The notes beneath the pieces are model-generated. The model had not been told where the DNA came from and made no database searches. It saw only the letters and a list, made by a program, of their open reading frames with translations. The position numbers and the translations under genes are program-made. Shown here one piece after another: positions 25,163-38,850 of a stretch of 64,000 nucleotides of DNA (position 1 is the first letter of the stretch; every line of letters starts with the position of its first letter). The DNA comes from Octopus sinensis (Eukaryota): NCBI RefSeq assembly GCF_006345805.1, contig NC_043008.1, positions 37,324,001 to 37,388,000 on the forward strand, read 5' to 3'.

Positions 25163-25979
25163 GGCTGGTTTTGCTGGGTGGAGGTGCCTGTCTCTCCTGT
25201 TTGAAAAAACTTAAGGACACAGAACAGTTCTTTTGCATAGCCAACTAGAAACGGTGTTTCTTGAGACTAAATAACACTAACATTCCTCCCATTCCTGGGA
25301 CTGCCACATTAAGTTGGCAACAAGCCATCATTTAATTATTTAATTATTTAGCAACTAATGCAGTCAGTTTTGAGAATTTGGAAGATAACTGTCAGAATTC
25401 ATAACTTTTGAGACATCCAGCTTATTTTAAAGTTGGTTAGTCCTCTCCAAATCCTAAATTCTTAAAAAGATGGTAGGTTTTTTTGTTGACATGCTGCAGT
25501 ATTTCTGGTGGTAGAATGAGAAGACATCGGGTAATCAGACTGTATTTCTTTCATACTCCTCTCTTTTATTCTTATGTTACTGAAAAAAGAAAAATCTCAT
25601 TGAATCATACTTTGTATTCCACCTCTCTGAAGGTGGGGATGGCATGGCAATGATAGAATAATAACAAATATATATATAGGGAAAGATTTAATCAACAATT
25701 GTCTTAAGTTAGAATAAAGGTATTATGGCAAAAACGAAATGACAGAATGTGTGTACTGACGGAGATAAATGAGCAATATAATTAATTATTAGCACCTATG
25801 AGTCATTTGTTTTCCATAGCAATTGGGATATTGAAGCTTTTATAAGAATAATTTATAACAGATGTGAACTCTTGGAAGAAGTCTTTATTGCTTTGGCTCT
25901 GGGGATAAAGGACTGAGCAGGTGAAAAAATTTTAAAGTAAAAGTTTGTTTTATTTTTACAAGATAGTTACAATTAGTCC

Positions 25980-26010
<31 letters not shown>

Positions 26011-26849
26011 TGTATGTATGTATGTATGTATGCATGTATGCATGTATGTATGTATGTATGTATGTATGTATGTATGTATGTATGTATGTATGTATGTATG
26101 TGTATATGTAATGAGTGAGATTTACTTGTGTGTGTGGGTTTGTGTGTGTGTGCATGCACATGTGTGTGTAATTTGTTCCAATTGATAAAAGTAATGGTTG
26201 TGCCTAAGGTGAAACAGAGACATTCATTTCTGAGGCTAATCTTCAGGATAATGATTAGAACTACGTAATTTCCTTTCCAATTTCCAACTTGCGGCACCCT
26301 GTGACACAATATAAAATTGTTCTTTTTAAACAATTTAAACCTACAAAGAATCCACCAACAGCCAACAACCTAACTTAAATACACTTCCTCTCCATACAAT
26401 TGTCTTTGATTCAACTCTTAGTTTCCATGAACGAAACCACATGTAGTTTTGCATTTCATTTTGCAATTACCATTCTTCATAGTTGAAATGAAGAAAATAA
26501 AAGACGATCTTTGGGTTTCTTACTGCCAATAAAAGTAGTAACATGTTGTGTCATCTTTTATGCTGAATTTTCATTTAAAATGCCAAACCTTCAATATTCT
26601 TATAGGTAACTTTATTAGAAGTGCCAAAATTTAGATTGACACCTGAAATTAGATTGCCAAAACGTTTGCTTGGCCATATTTCTTAAAATTCATATTTAAG
26701 ATAATCAAGTTGTTTTATTTATAATCATTTATTATTTTATTTTTCTTTGTATTTGTCTCTTAAATTAAGATTAGCAGTAGTTGAAAATATTTAAAAGTAT
26801 CAATTCTTTTGTTTGCTACTGTAGGTGAAACTGTTCTAGCAATGTAAAA

Positions 26850-27050
26850 TTGGTTTCAAATTTTGCCACAATGTTAGTAATTTTGAGGGGAGGGGCTAAA
26901 TCAATTACATCAACCCCAGTATGCAACTAGTAGTTATTTTATTGACTCCCTAAAGGATGAAAGGCAAAGTTGATCTCAATGGAATTTGAACCCAGAACAT
27001 AAATATGGGTGGCATTTGCCCAGCATGCTAATGCTTCTGCCAGTTCCCCA
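26850..27050 (-). mobile_element. SINE family B, degenerate
   Basis: AAAGGATGAAAGGCAAAGTTGA...GGAATTTGAAC...CTTCTGCCAG family motifs. Confidence 0.75.
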
Positions 27051-27259
27051 CCCCATGAGTTATGTAATACTGATTAATTTTTCATTAGATCAAGTTTTAT
27101 TGAAGAGGTGTTATAGATTTCTGAGTCACCTCTTCTGGTATTTACTCAGTCTTCTGCTGCCCAGACAGATTAAAAGTCAAAGTTTGAACTTTAAAAGGAG
27201 AAGCTGTCAGTGTGAAATTTCACCTTTGTTCTTCATAAATAAAAAAAATAATAAATAAA

Positions 27260-27520
27260 CGTTCCTTCTCGAGCCATGCCAGGCTCATAAGGGCCAGTTT
27301 CCCAGCTTCAGTGGCATAGAAATTCCCCACCTGGATGGGACGTAGAAATTCCCCACCTGGTCCTTCGCAGGATTACTCATTTTTGCCAGCTGCGTGGACT
27401 GGAGCAATGTAAAATGAAGTGTTTTACTCAAGGACACAATGCATTGCCTGGTCTAGGAATCGAAACCACAACCATACGATCATAAGTTCAACACTCTAAA
27501 CACTAAGCCACGTGCCTCTA
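27260..27520 (-). mobile_element. SINE family C with a small internal duplication
   Basis: Ends ...CACTAAGCCACGTGCCTC; TAGAAATTCCCCACCTGG occurs twice at ~27317-27360. Confidence 0.8.
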
Positions 27521-28526
27521 CTTTGTTCTTCATAGATGCAAACATAGATATGTGGTTAAGAATTTTGGTTTGCAATCACAGTGTCCTAAGTTCAATCCTG
27601 CTATGTATCACTTGGGTAACTGTCTCCTATTACTGTGTACAAGCCCAGCATGTGCATGTGATTGTCTTTGTCTATTCTCCACCCCTGCTTGACAATCAGT
27701 GTTGGTTTGTTTAAATTCCCACAGCGTAGTGGTTCAGCAATAGAGAATGATAGAAGAAGTACTTGATATAAAATATTAGTTCTAGAGTCAATTTTTCCTC
27801 ATGACAAATAACAAATAAAAATCAAAAGGCAAAAGATAATTTCACCATACTCATTTGTATATGTTTGACAATAATAATATTGATTGCAAACAAAATGTTT
27901 ATGAAATAAGAGAAGACAAGCATTAGACAATTATTTTATTCATTGGAAATTGCTAGCTTTACTTCGTAATGGAAGAATTAGTTATCTAAGGAGGTTGTCA
28001 AGTCCACAATAAGCAGCAGTTTAGGAACATAGTGGATAAATATTGGAAGAATATTAAATTTGAAACGCCTTTGTAATTAATGTATTGAAAAAGCTGATTA
28101 CAACATAGACAGATTTGCAAATTTTCTCTATTATTTATTTATTATATCTTTTAATTTATCACTTCCATTTGTTTGATATTTGTTCAGAGTTGTCTTTTGT
28201 GGAATGAGCTGCAGGACTAGGACTCCTCTGTTAGGTAGATTCATGATTATTATTATCGTTATTGTTTTAATGCCTACTTTTCCATGTTTGCATGAGTTGG
28301 ATAGAGTTGCTGCAGATTTTCTACAGTTGGATGCCCTTCCTGTTGCTAACCCTCACTTGTTTCCAAGTAAAGTAATATTTTTCCCAATCTGGATGTATTT
28401 TTGCAGAATATTTGAAATGAATGATACTGCTCATATGACAGTGACACTCATTTACGACTATCACACAATGTCAATACAAAGAGACATGAGCATACACACA
28501 TACTCACGCACATATGCATATATATA

Positions 28527-28566
<40 letters not shown>

Positions 28567-28644
28567 AAAAAAAAGTCAAGATAGAAAATGCGAAAATAAT
28601 TTTATAAAAACATTTCAGTACCGGTTTCAGTCATTGAGACTGAA

Positions 28645-29789
28645 TTGTCTTTTGTGGCTGCTGAAGTGGACTAAAGGGTTATAATGGGGACAGTTGAATG
28701 CAGTTCAGTGATCAGGTTCTTATACTTGAAAGGCTGTACACCAAAAGAGACGTTCAATGAGATGAAAGAAGTTTATGGTGATGATACACCATCATGCGAC
28801 ATAGTCAACCACTGGCATCAGCAGTTCAAATGTGGTTGGACATTGGTGGGAACTGCTCCTATTCTTGGACAACCACATTCCACCATTGCTGTCGACACCA
28901 TCCATGAAGTGGAGGCTGTCATTTTGGAGGATCACTGTATAACTATTTGGCAACTAGCCCAAGAAGGAAGGTAAGTGTAGGGTTTGTGGAAAAAATCCTT
29001 CATGACCATTTGCACATGTGGAAGTTGTCTGTGCAATGGATTCCCTGGATGCTCAAACCTTTTAAGAAGCAGGAATGAGTCAATTGCTCCGAGGCTCTTT
29101 TGGCAATGTGCCAAGAAAACGAGGACTTTTTCGGCAGACTTATCACACAGGATGAAACATGGGTCCAGCACTGTGATCCTGAGACTAAAATCTAGTTGAA
29201 GCAATGGAAGCATGATAACTCACCACCTCCAAAGAAGGCTCATGTCCAATCCTCAGCAGGCAAGGTAATGCTCACAGTCTTTTGGGACCAGTGAAAAGTA
29301 GTAATGATGATGATGGATTTTCTGGCAAAGGGCACTGCAATTAATGGGGCATATCATGATTCTCTGCTGCAGAAATTGCAGGATGTCATCAAAGCAGAGA
29401 GGCGTAGCATGCTGACCAAAGGAGTCTACCTCTTCCAAGACAACACCTCAGTTCACAATGCACATGTTGCCCAGATGAAAGCACACTGCTGTGGCTATGA
29501 AATCCTTCCATATCCTTGCACCACTTGACTCCCAACATTGCAAACTCTTTCCAACCAAGTTTTTTTTGAAGGGGAAGCATTTTTCGGATGATGATGAACT
29601 TATTTCTGAGGTAAAGTCTTTGCTCTAGACACAACCTACCGACTTCTACAGATGAGGTCTTCACAGCTGCGTAAAGCAATGGAGCAATGTGTCATCATTG
29701 GTGGTGGCTATGGAGAGAATTGTGCTGAGTTTCATTTATCTCAATCATTAGGAAGTGGGCCAGGGGAAATATTTAATGAACTCTCCTCA
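28645..29789 (+). pseudogene. Degenerate mariner transposon, near-complete transposase region
   Basis: MGTVECSSVIRFLYLKG...EMKEVYGDD; TQDETWV; SAGKVMLTVFWD; QDNTSVH; GYEILPYP; right TIR-like end AATATTTAATGAACTCTCCTCA followed by TA. Confidence 0.9.
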
Positions 29790-29920
29790 TACATACACAC
29801 ACGCACAAACACACTTAATGAAGATGTACATACACACACACACATATCTATACATATAAATTTATATATATATATGTATACATACACACATATATATACA
29901 TATGCATATATACATATGTG

Positions 29921-30170
29921 GAGGCGCGTGGTTTAGTGGTTAGGGAGTCAGTATCATGATTGTAAGTTTGTGGTTTTGATTCCTGGACCGGGCGACGCGT
30001 TGTGTTCTTGAGCAAAACACTTCATTTCACGTTGCTCCAGTCAACTCAGCTTGCAAAAATGGGTAACGCTGTGATGGACTGGTGTCCCGTCCAGGTGGGG
30101 AATGCATACACCATTGAAACCAGGAAACCAGGCCCATGAGCCTGGCTAGGCTTTAAAAGGGTGCATTTAT
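29921..30170 (+). mobile_element. SINE family C
   Basis: GAGGCGCGTGGTTTAGTGGTTAGGG head; body homologous to 21292 and 27260 copies. Confidence 0.85.
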
Positions 30171-31132
30171 TATTTTATTATATATACATATATATAAATA
30201 TAGATTGTTTAAAGTGATGCACAAATTTTGTATCGTAAGGAAAAGGAGGTGGTCAGAATTTTGGAAAATTCTTTAATAGCATTTCATCAGTTCAACACTT
30301 CAGAAAGTTTTACAGAAAATTTTTTTACCTTTTATACAAATCGAAAAGATGTTGTTGTTTTGTTTTGTTTAGAAAAGGAGAGGGCAGGGAGAAAAGGAGG
30401 AGGGGGAGAGAGAGAGAGGAAGACAGAGAGGATAGAAAAAAGAAAGGAAAGCAAAAAGAAAGAATGTATTTGAGGATGGTCTGTGATTAACAGGTGCTTG
30501 ATGATTAATGATATTTCAAGATGTTCACACACACACACCCAAACACAAACACACACACATAAACACACACACACACACATGTAATGAGCTTCTTTCAGTT
30601 TCCATCTAGCAGATCCACTCATGATGCTTTGGTTAGTATTCTGACACTAACCCCAGGTGTGCCTTGCAGTGGAACTGAACTGAAAGCTATGTGTTTAGGA
30701 AGTAAACCTCTTAGGCATATAGCCATGCTTGCATCAATTCTTAATGGCACAGCCATCCATGCCTTGTGAAAACCAAAACATATAATGCTGCCCTTGAAGT
30801 CTACGTAACTGTGAGATTTGGCTGTTCATCCAACCTGGATCAGCTTGGATAATCAAATAGAAATGTTAACAATCTACACGTCCAGTGTAACCAGAAATCC
30901 ACACTGAGTTTTATGAAGCATGTGACCATGCTAATACTGACATCTCTTGCCATCTCACCATTAACGTGCACTCAAGTGCGATAAGGTGATATTTCATGCT
31001 TCAATGACTTTGCTGCCCAAATTAATTTGGTTTCCTGTATTCACCTTTTGTTTTTGTATTGTGCAATAACCACCTCTTTCCCATACATGCCGGTTTAAGA
31101 AGGTGTAGATGAGAGGTGAGTATGTTAGTATC

Positions 31133-32443
31133 TGCATGTGTGTGTGCGTGTGCATGTGTGTGTATGTGCATGTGTGTGTATGTGCATGTGTGTGTATGTG
31201 CATGTGTGTGTATGTGCATGTGTGTGTATGTGCATGTGTGTGCATGTGCATGTGTGTGTATGTGCATGTGTGTGCATGTGCATGTGTGTGTATGTGCATG
31301 TGTGTGTATGTGCATGTGTGTGTATGTGCATGTGTGTGTATGTGCATGTGTGTGTATGTGCATGTGTGTGTATGTGCATGTGTGTGCATGTGCATGTGTG
31401 TGTATGTGCATGTGTGTGTATGTGCATGTGTGTGTATGTGCATGTGTGTGCATGTGCATGTGTGTGTATGTGCATGTGTGTGTATGTGCATGTGTGTGTA
31501 TGTGCATGTGTGTATGTGCATGTGTGTGCATGTGCATGTGTGTGTATGTGCATGTGTGTGTATGTGCATGTGTGTGCATGTGCATGTGTGTGTATGTGCA
31601 TGTGTGTGCATGTGCATGTGTGTGTATGTGCATGTGTGTGTATGTGCATGTGTGTGCATGTGCATGTGTGTATGTGCATGTGTGTGCATGTGATGTGTGT
31701 GTATGTGCATGTGTGTGTATGTGCATGTGTGTGCATGTGCATGTGTGTGTATGTGCATGTGTGTACATGTGCATGTGTGTGGTATGTGCATGTGTGTGTA
31801 TGTGCATGTGGTGTATGTACATGTGTGTGCATGTGCATGTGTGTGCATGTGCATGTGTGGTGTATGTGCATGTGTGTGTATGTGCATGTGTGGTATGTGC
31901 ATGTGTGTGTATGTGCATGTGTGTGTATGTGCATGTGTGTGTATGTGCATGTGTGTGTATGTGCATGTGTGTGTATGTGCATGTGTGTGCATGTACATGT
32001 GTGTGCATGTGCATGTGTGTTATGTGCATGTGTGTGTATGTGCATGTGTGTGTATGTGCATGTGTGTGTATGTGCATGTGTGTGCATGTGCATGTGTGCA
32101 TGTGCATGTGTGTGTATGTGCATGTGTGTGTATGTGCATGTGTGTGCATGTGTGTGCATGGCATGTGTGTGCATGTACATGTGTGTGTATGTGCATTGTG
32201 TGTATGTGCATGTGTGTGCATGTGCATGTGTGTGCATGTGCATGTGTGTGTATGTGCATGTGTGTATGTGCATGTGTGTGCATGTGCATGTGTGTGCATG
32301 TGCATGTGTGTGCATGTGCATGTGTGTGTATGTGCATGTGTGTGTATGTGCATGTGTGTGCATGTGCATGTGTGTGTATGTGCATGTGTGTGTATGTGCA
32401 TGTGTGTGTATGTGCATGTGTGTGTATGTGCATGTGTGTGCAT
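31133..32443. repeat. 14-bp minisatellite, ~90 units, alternating purine-pyrimidine
   Basis: Units GTGCATGTGTGTGTAT / GTGCATGTGTGTGCAT and variants; source of the H/T and C/V ORFs. Confidence 0.9.
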
Positions 32444-32942
32444 TTGTGGCAGGTGCTTGTTGCAGTAAATTAATGAAATCTTGTGATACAAGTCTATTCA
32501 AACTAAATACTTACAATATGGGTGAAAATGAACAGAAAATCCTGCAGAAAAAAACAACCACACTAACTGAATTATTTCTATTGAATTAATTACTTATTAT
32601 TACCAATGCCAATGGATGCTGCAGAGGCAGCAATGTCTCTGAATCTGGTATTGTAATTCATTTCACATCTAGCCAACCTCCCCCCTCTCTGATGTTTCTC
32701 TTCCTGCTTAGTTATATAGTGTTTTTTTGTTTCCCCCTACCTGTTCTGCTCCTCTTTATGTCTTGCAACTAATTTGACGACCTGGATAATGTCAGTGGCA
32801 CAGGAAAGAGAAAGAAATCTCTCAGTACATGTTGTTAGGTGGTCGGCACTGGAGCTTGGCACAGCCCAGAAGCTAGGACCCTACCAACATGGAAAATGGA
32901 CATCACCATCATCCTTTAGGATGATAGTGATGATAATGATGA

Positions 32943-32974
<32 letters not shown>

Positions 32975-32994
32975 ATGATGATGATGATGATGAC

Positions 32995-33025
<31 letters not shown>

Positions 33026-33293
33026 TGTGTGCGTGCATGTGTCTCCAAAATGGAAACAAACATCATTCCTCCATATGATCGGCTTAAAAAATTGTTAAGA
33101 TATTAAGTTATTATTCTTAGCATGAAACCTTATGGTAGCCTGAATACACAAATAAAAAAATTCTATCCACCAATGCAGTGTTGAGCACTCATTTTCATCA
33201 TTAAACATTTATGTGTATATACTCATATAATATATATGTGTGTGTATGTGTGTCTGTGTGTATGTGTGTTTGTAGATGTATATATATATATAA

Positions 33294-33545
33294 AGTTATA
33301 AATGATGAGAGAAAGAATATGATGAAATTTATTTACTATAAGAAAATTCAAATATCAAATAGCACAACAAATTATCTTGTTACTTAAGGCATGTAAAGAT
33401 AATTTGGATTAGTAATACATCCTCAGTTATAAATGATGAGAGAAACAGTATGATGAAATTTATTTAAACATAAGAAAATTCAAATATCACAACAAAATGT
33501 TTCATAACTTAAAGCATGTAAAGATAATTTGGACTGGTAATAACA
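33294..33545. repeat. Two diverged ~130-bp tandem units
   Basis: AGTTATAAATGATGAGAGAAA...GCATGTAAAGATAATTTGGA at ~33294 and ~33425. Confidence 0.85.
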
Positions 33546-33686
33546 TTGCATATAAATTACTACATGTCTGCAATAATACAAAAATTCATTTAAGACAATG
33601 CAGACATTAAGCTACATCCTCAGCTGAAAGAAAAATCTTAGTTGGATACTAAAATCTCGTCATAACTTTTCAAGAACAGAAAGTCA

Positions 33687-33721
<35 letters not shown>

Positions 33722-33906
33722 CATACATACATACATACATACATACATACATACATACGTACATACATACATACATACATACATACATACGTACAAAGTA
33801 TTAAAATTTTTAATCTTTGGATTTTTTAAAATATGCTAAGCCACTGCTTTTAATTGAATAATATCAATTTCTACCCTCATCATTTAATTTTCAATACATA
33901 CATTCA

Positions 33907-33991
<85 letters not shown>

Positions 33992-34489
33992 ATATATTTA
34001 TATATACACACACACACACACACACACGTATACTCTCTTAACATGGCCAACATAACCTCGAAAAAGAGAACTACTCAACATCATTGAATACTGTCAGTGT
34101 CACAGGTTTTCTCTTGGTGTTTCCCTTTCCTAGAGAGATATTGTGACAGCAACAGAGGGGCCACCCATGCTCAGTGGGCCAGCTGCACGCCTGGACACCA
34201 ACCCAGGTATTTCTACATCCCTCTGCATACATACATGCATTCAAACACATGTACACATATTTTTGGATGGCCATTGACTGCTCATGAACTCTTCCACCCT
34301 TTGACAGGTCTTATCTTTCATGTTCCAGGGTATCCAATAACCAAACTCCTACATGTATGTATGTATGTATGTATGTATGTATGTATGTATGTATGTATGT
34401 ATGTATGTACGTACGTATGTATGTATGTATGTATGTATGTATGTATGTATGTATGCATGCATGCATGCATGTATGTATATGTAAGTTGT

Positions 34490-34835
34490 AGAGGTGCAAT
34501 GGCCCAGTGGTTAGGGCAGCGGACTCGTGGTCTTAGGCTCGCAGTTTCAATTCCCAGACCTAAAGCACCCCGAGGCTCTGGCAGGGGATGATGGTGAACC
34601 CTGCTGTACTCTTTCACCACAACTTTCTCTTACTCTTTCTTCCTGTTTCTGTTGTACCTGTATTTCAAAGGGCCAGCCTTGTTGCATTCTGTGTCACGCC
34701 GAATCTCCCTGAGAACTACGTTAAAAGTACGTGTCTGTGGAGTTCTCAGCCACTTGCACATTAATTTCATGAGCAGGCTGTTCCATTGATTGGATCAACT
34801 GGAACACTCATCGTCAGAACCAACGTAGTGCCAAC
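34490..34835 (+). mobile_element. SINE family C variant
   Basis: GAGGTGCAATGGCCCAGTGGTTAGGGC head; 3' part shared with the 21292 copy. Confidence 0.8.
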
Positions 34836-35224
34836 AAAAAAAGATACCAATGTATATGTATCTCCTTGTCTTGCTATCATATGATAATTATACATAGCCA
34901 TCACTGTCAAAGAAGTGGTGTCCTTCGAACCTAATCTTTACAGACATGTCTGGTCATAGAGAAATATTACTTTACTTGGAAACACGTGTTGGTTGGTAAC
35001 AGGAAGGGCATCCAGTCATAGAAAATCTGTGTCAATCAATTCTGTCCAACCAATGTGATCATAGATAAGTGGATGTAGAAAATGATGATGATGATATACA
35101 CATATATACACACGCATGCACATATATATATACACACACACATAGTTATGTATGTATGCATATATGTTTACATATTTCTGAGTATGTAGGCCTGTATAAA
35201 TAAATGTGTGCATGTGCACATATA

Positions 35225-35280
<56 letters not shown>

Positions 35281-35398
35281 TATATACATATCTATATGTA
35301 TATACACACATACATACATACACACGAGTATCTTTGTATATATGTATATGTATCTGTATATAATATATATATATACAGATACATATACATATATACAA

Positions 35399-35433
<35 letters not shown>

Positions 35434-35454
35434 TACATATACATATATACAAAG

Positions 35455-35498
<44 letters not shown>

Positions 35499-35816
35499 CA
35501 CACACACACATATATATATATATATTATATATATATATATAATATATATGCTTACATCTTACATCTTAAAGTATAGCAAGTATCTTTTGGCTGTTTGTTA
35601 ATATTTGTATGTATTTCAGATAGCTTACATATTAAGAATTGTCTTGCCTTAAAAAAGTGAATATGTCAACTTAGATTTAATTATATTTTTCGAAAAGTGG
35701 AAATCTCTTTAGAAGATGAAGCTTTCTTGGAGATACAAAGAAAATTTCCTCACATTGTGGTTTTCTTGTTGTATTTTACATAAAGGAAAATTTACTTCTT
35801 CTATTTCTATTTTGTA

Positions 35817-35925
<109 letters not shown>

Positions 35926-36274
35926 TTCTGTTTTCCTTATTCTTCAGTGCCATCTGGTTTGAAATTACATATTTGAAACAGTTAAGATTTCATCTTGTCT
36001 GCAAGAGATGTTGCAGCTTTGAAAGCAAATAATGCTTTTCTGTTTTTGTTTGTTTGTTTTTGATAAATCGATGCTGTGAAACATATGAACTTTCTCAATA
36101 TTATAACCAATCCAACATAGATGTATGGAAGCGACTACTTCTGGTACTGCTTCAGTTAAATAAGATTGTTTTTGAACATTACTGTTATCTTTATACACTG
36201 ATTTTAAACAAGTAGTCACAGAGTTTCATAGTAGAATGTTGCTGTTACCATGGCTCATATGTTGTCAATCTTCT

Positions 36275-36698
36275 TATTTCTTATCTCTTATTTCATATTT
36301 CTTTATTGTCCATAGAGGGGACAAACAAGGACAGACAAAGAGCTTAAGTCGATTATATCGACCCCGGTGTGTAACTGGTACTTAATTTATCAACCCCAAA
36401 AGGATGAAAGGCAAAGTTTACCTTGGCGAAATTTGAACTCAGAATGTAGCGACAGACGAAATACCTATTTCTTTACTACCCACAAGGGGCTAAACACAGA
36501 GAGGAAAAACAAGGACAGACAAAGGGATTAAGTCGATTATATCGACCCCAGTGTGCAACTGGTACTTATTTAATCGACCCCGAAAGGATGAAAGGCAAAG
36601 TCTACCTCAGTGGAATTTGAGCTCAGAATGTAACGGCAGATGAAATACCGCTAAGCATTTCGCTTGGCGTGCTAATGATTCTGCCAGCTTGCCACCTT
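36275..36698 (-). mobile_element. Dimeric SINE family B
   Basis: Full monomer 36466-36698 plus 3'-part monomer 36275-36465; one 15-bp TSD TGTTGTCAATCTTCT (36260-36274 / 36699-36713). Confidence 0.9.
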
Positions 36699-36779
36699 TG
36701 TTGTCAATCTTCTGATCGAAGAGTCAATAAATTTAGAAAACAATAAAGAAGAAAATAAATGAAGAATCTTACAATGTGA

Positions 36780-37205
36780 AGAGAGAATTAACAGTATATC
36801 TCCAACGTTTGGCAACTAACTTGCTAGACACCCACAAGATTATTCACCATCTTTCCAATAACAACTTTTAGCACCTTTTTGAATTCCACATGTCTAACAC
36901 TCATGGACATTCTTACAAAATCAATTAAACAACACAACACCCATGATTTTCAGAAACATCTTTTCACACTCAGAATTGCTGTAGTGTGAACTAAGCTACC
37001 CATCTCATTTATTAGCAACAGAAACACTCCATCCTTCAAATGCTTCCTGAAATCTGCCAACAGCACACCTGATGTATCCACTTCATTTTCCTCTTTTAAA
37101 CAACTCATTTACTATTTGCTTCCTGTGCATTATTCTATGCATACTCATGCCCTTTGGGCTGCTTTTTTCCTGATGAGTTGTGATGCACCTGAGTACTGTA
37201 TATAA
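36780..37205 (+). pseudogene. CR1-like LINE 3' end
   Basis: THGHSYKI...HDFQKHLFTLRIAVV*TKLP resembles the CR1 ORF2 terminus TRGH.YK...F..RV...WN.LP. Confidence 0.7.
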
Positions 37206-37404
37206 CAAACAACATGGTGATCTCTGGTTTATAATTCATTGCTGTATTTCTTCTGTAGATGGCTGATTCACCCATACAAAATACACAAAGAATTAAAGGA
37301 CCCCTTTTGGTCATGAATGACCATGGGATTCCACTTAGAAAGTTACCCTCCCAGGCACAAGTCCAGGCAAGGTTGTTTATGGAAGGTCAGCTTCGCCCAT
37401 GCCA

Positions 37405-37555
37405 TTATGTTCTGAGTTCAAATTCCACCAAGGTCAACTTTGCCTTTCATCCTTTCGGGTTCGATAAATTAAGTACCAGTTACGCAGGGGTCGATGTAAT
37501 CGACTTAATCCCTTGTTTGTTTCCTCTATGTTCAGCCCCTTGTGGGCAATTAAAA
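37405..37555 (+). mobile_element. SINE family B, 5'-truncated
   Basis: GTTCTGAGTTCAAATTCC...CCTTTCGGGTTCGATAAATTAAGTACCAG...CCCCTTGTGGGCA. Confidence 0.85.
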
Positions 37556-37615
37556 AAAATTTTTTTAAATAAGAATTATAAAATACAGACACACACTTAC
37601 ACACAATTACACATA

Positions 37616-37832
37616 CAGTAATCCCTCGACTATTGCGTGTGTTATGTTCCCAAATCACCTATGATAAGTGAAAATCCCTAAAGTAGAAACAGTACTGTAT
37701 ATTTTTTGTTTCATTTTTATAATTTGTATATATTTATTTTATTATAAATGCAAAACAACACCATGGAGGAATTGACGTATGCTTAAATAATAAACTGCAA
37801 TAGGTGAACCACAATATGGCGAAGGATTACTG
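37616..37832. mobile_element. Tigger/pogo-like MITE
   Basis: TIRs CAGTAATCCCTCG / CGAAGGATTACTG; TA on both sides. Confidence 0.9.
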
Positions 37833-37852
37833 TATATTCCACTCACTTTTAA

Positions 37853-38068
37853 CCCTTTCATTACCAACCCGGCTGAAACCAGCTCTGGCTCTGTAGTACA
37901 AATGTCTTGTTTTCATAAGTTTTGAATTAAAATTTTCCACCAAACTTTAGTCACAATTTATGTTCCTAACATTAATGATAACTAAGTTATTTTACTAAAT
38001 TCTTTGTTATATTTAAAATAATTGGAAGAAACACAGAGCATTTCAAAATAAATAGAGTAACGAAATGG
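37853..38068. mobile_element. piggyBac-like MITE
   Basis: TTAA-CCCTTTCATTAC ... GTAACGAAATGG-CTAA; a diverged relative appears to end at ~200 (GACAAAAGGGCTAA). Confidence 0.65.
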
Positions 38069-38639
38069 CTAATCTGCCAAATTATCCAAATTCCCTTTCA
38101 AGGCATTGATTGGCCGAGGGCCACAATAGAAAACATTTGCTCACAGTGCCACACCATGGGATTGAACCCCAAGCATGTGGTTGTGTAGCAAATTCCTTAA
38201 TCACACAGCTATGCATCTTTGACACAGTTTTATCTCATCATCTCTTTTCTCACATTGGACAATGTGTTATCTTCATTGGTTTTATGGTTATTTTTCATTC
38301 TAGTTAGATTGAAAACTATCTCATCATTGATTTTTGCATTTGTTTTCCATACTGACATGAGTCAGACAATTTCATAGTTTCATGTTTCTCAACTCGTCTT
38401 TGTCTTCCATTGATTCTTTTGTGCATGTGTTTGTGTATCTGTGTGTGTGTTTCCATGTGTGTTTCCATATGTAGATTGGCAAATACAAGTAATAACTATA
38501 ATTAGCAACACCTTCTTCATTATCTCGGTCCACTGTCCTCTCTTCGTCACCTTTGTCATTATCCACTTCATCTTCACCAGCATTGTCTTCTTCATTATCA
38601 CTTCCACTATCCTCATTAACGAGACTGTCAACATTTTTA

Positions 38640-38643
38640 TCTT

Positions 38644-38675
<32 letters not shown>

Positions 38676-38796
38676 TTGTCATCATCACCATCACCACCAA
38701 AACCACCATCATCATCATCATCATCATCATCACCATCATCACCACCACCACCATCATTATCATCACCATCATCATCATCATCATCATCACCATCAT

Positions 38797-38828
<32 letters not shown>

Positions 38829-38850
38829 TCGTCATCACCATCATCATCAT
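38640..38850. repeat. (CAT/CAC)n trinucleotide tract
   Basis: Direct reading; produces poly-D/S/M/I pseudo-ORFs. Confidence 0.95.

Noticed and set aside
30994-32589. Long His/Thr and Cys/Val ORFs suggesting a metal-binding protein
   Set aside because: Translation of a (TG)-based minisatellite, open in most frames on both strands
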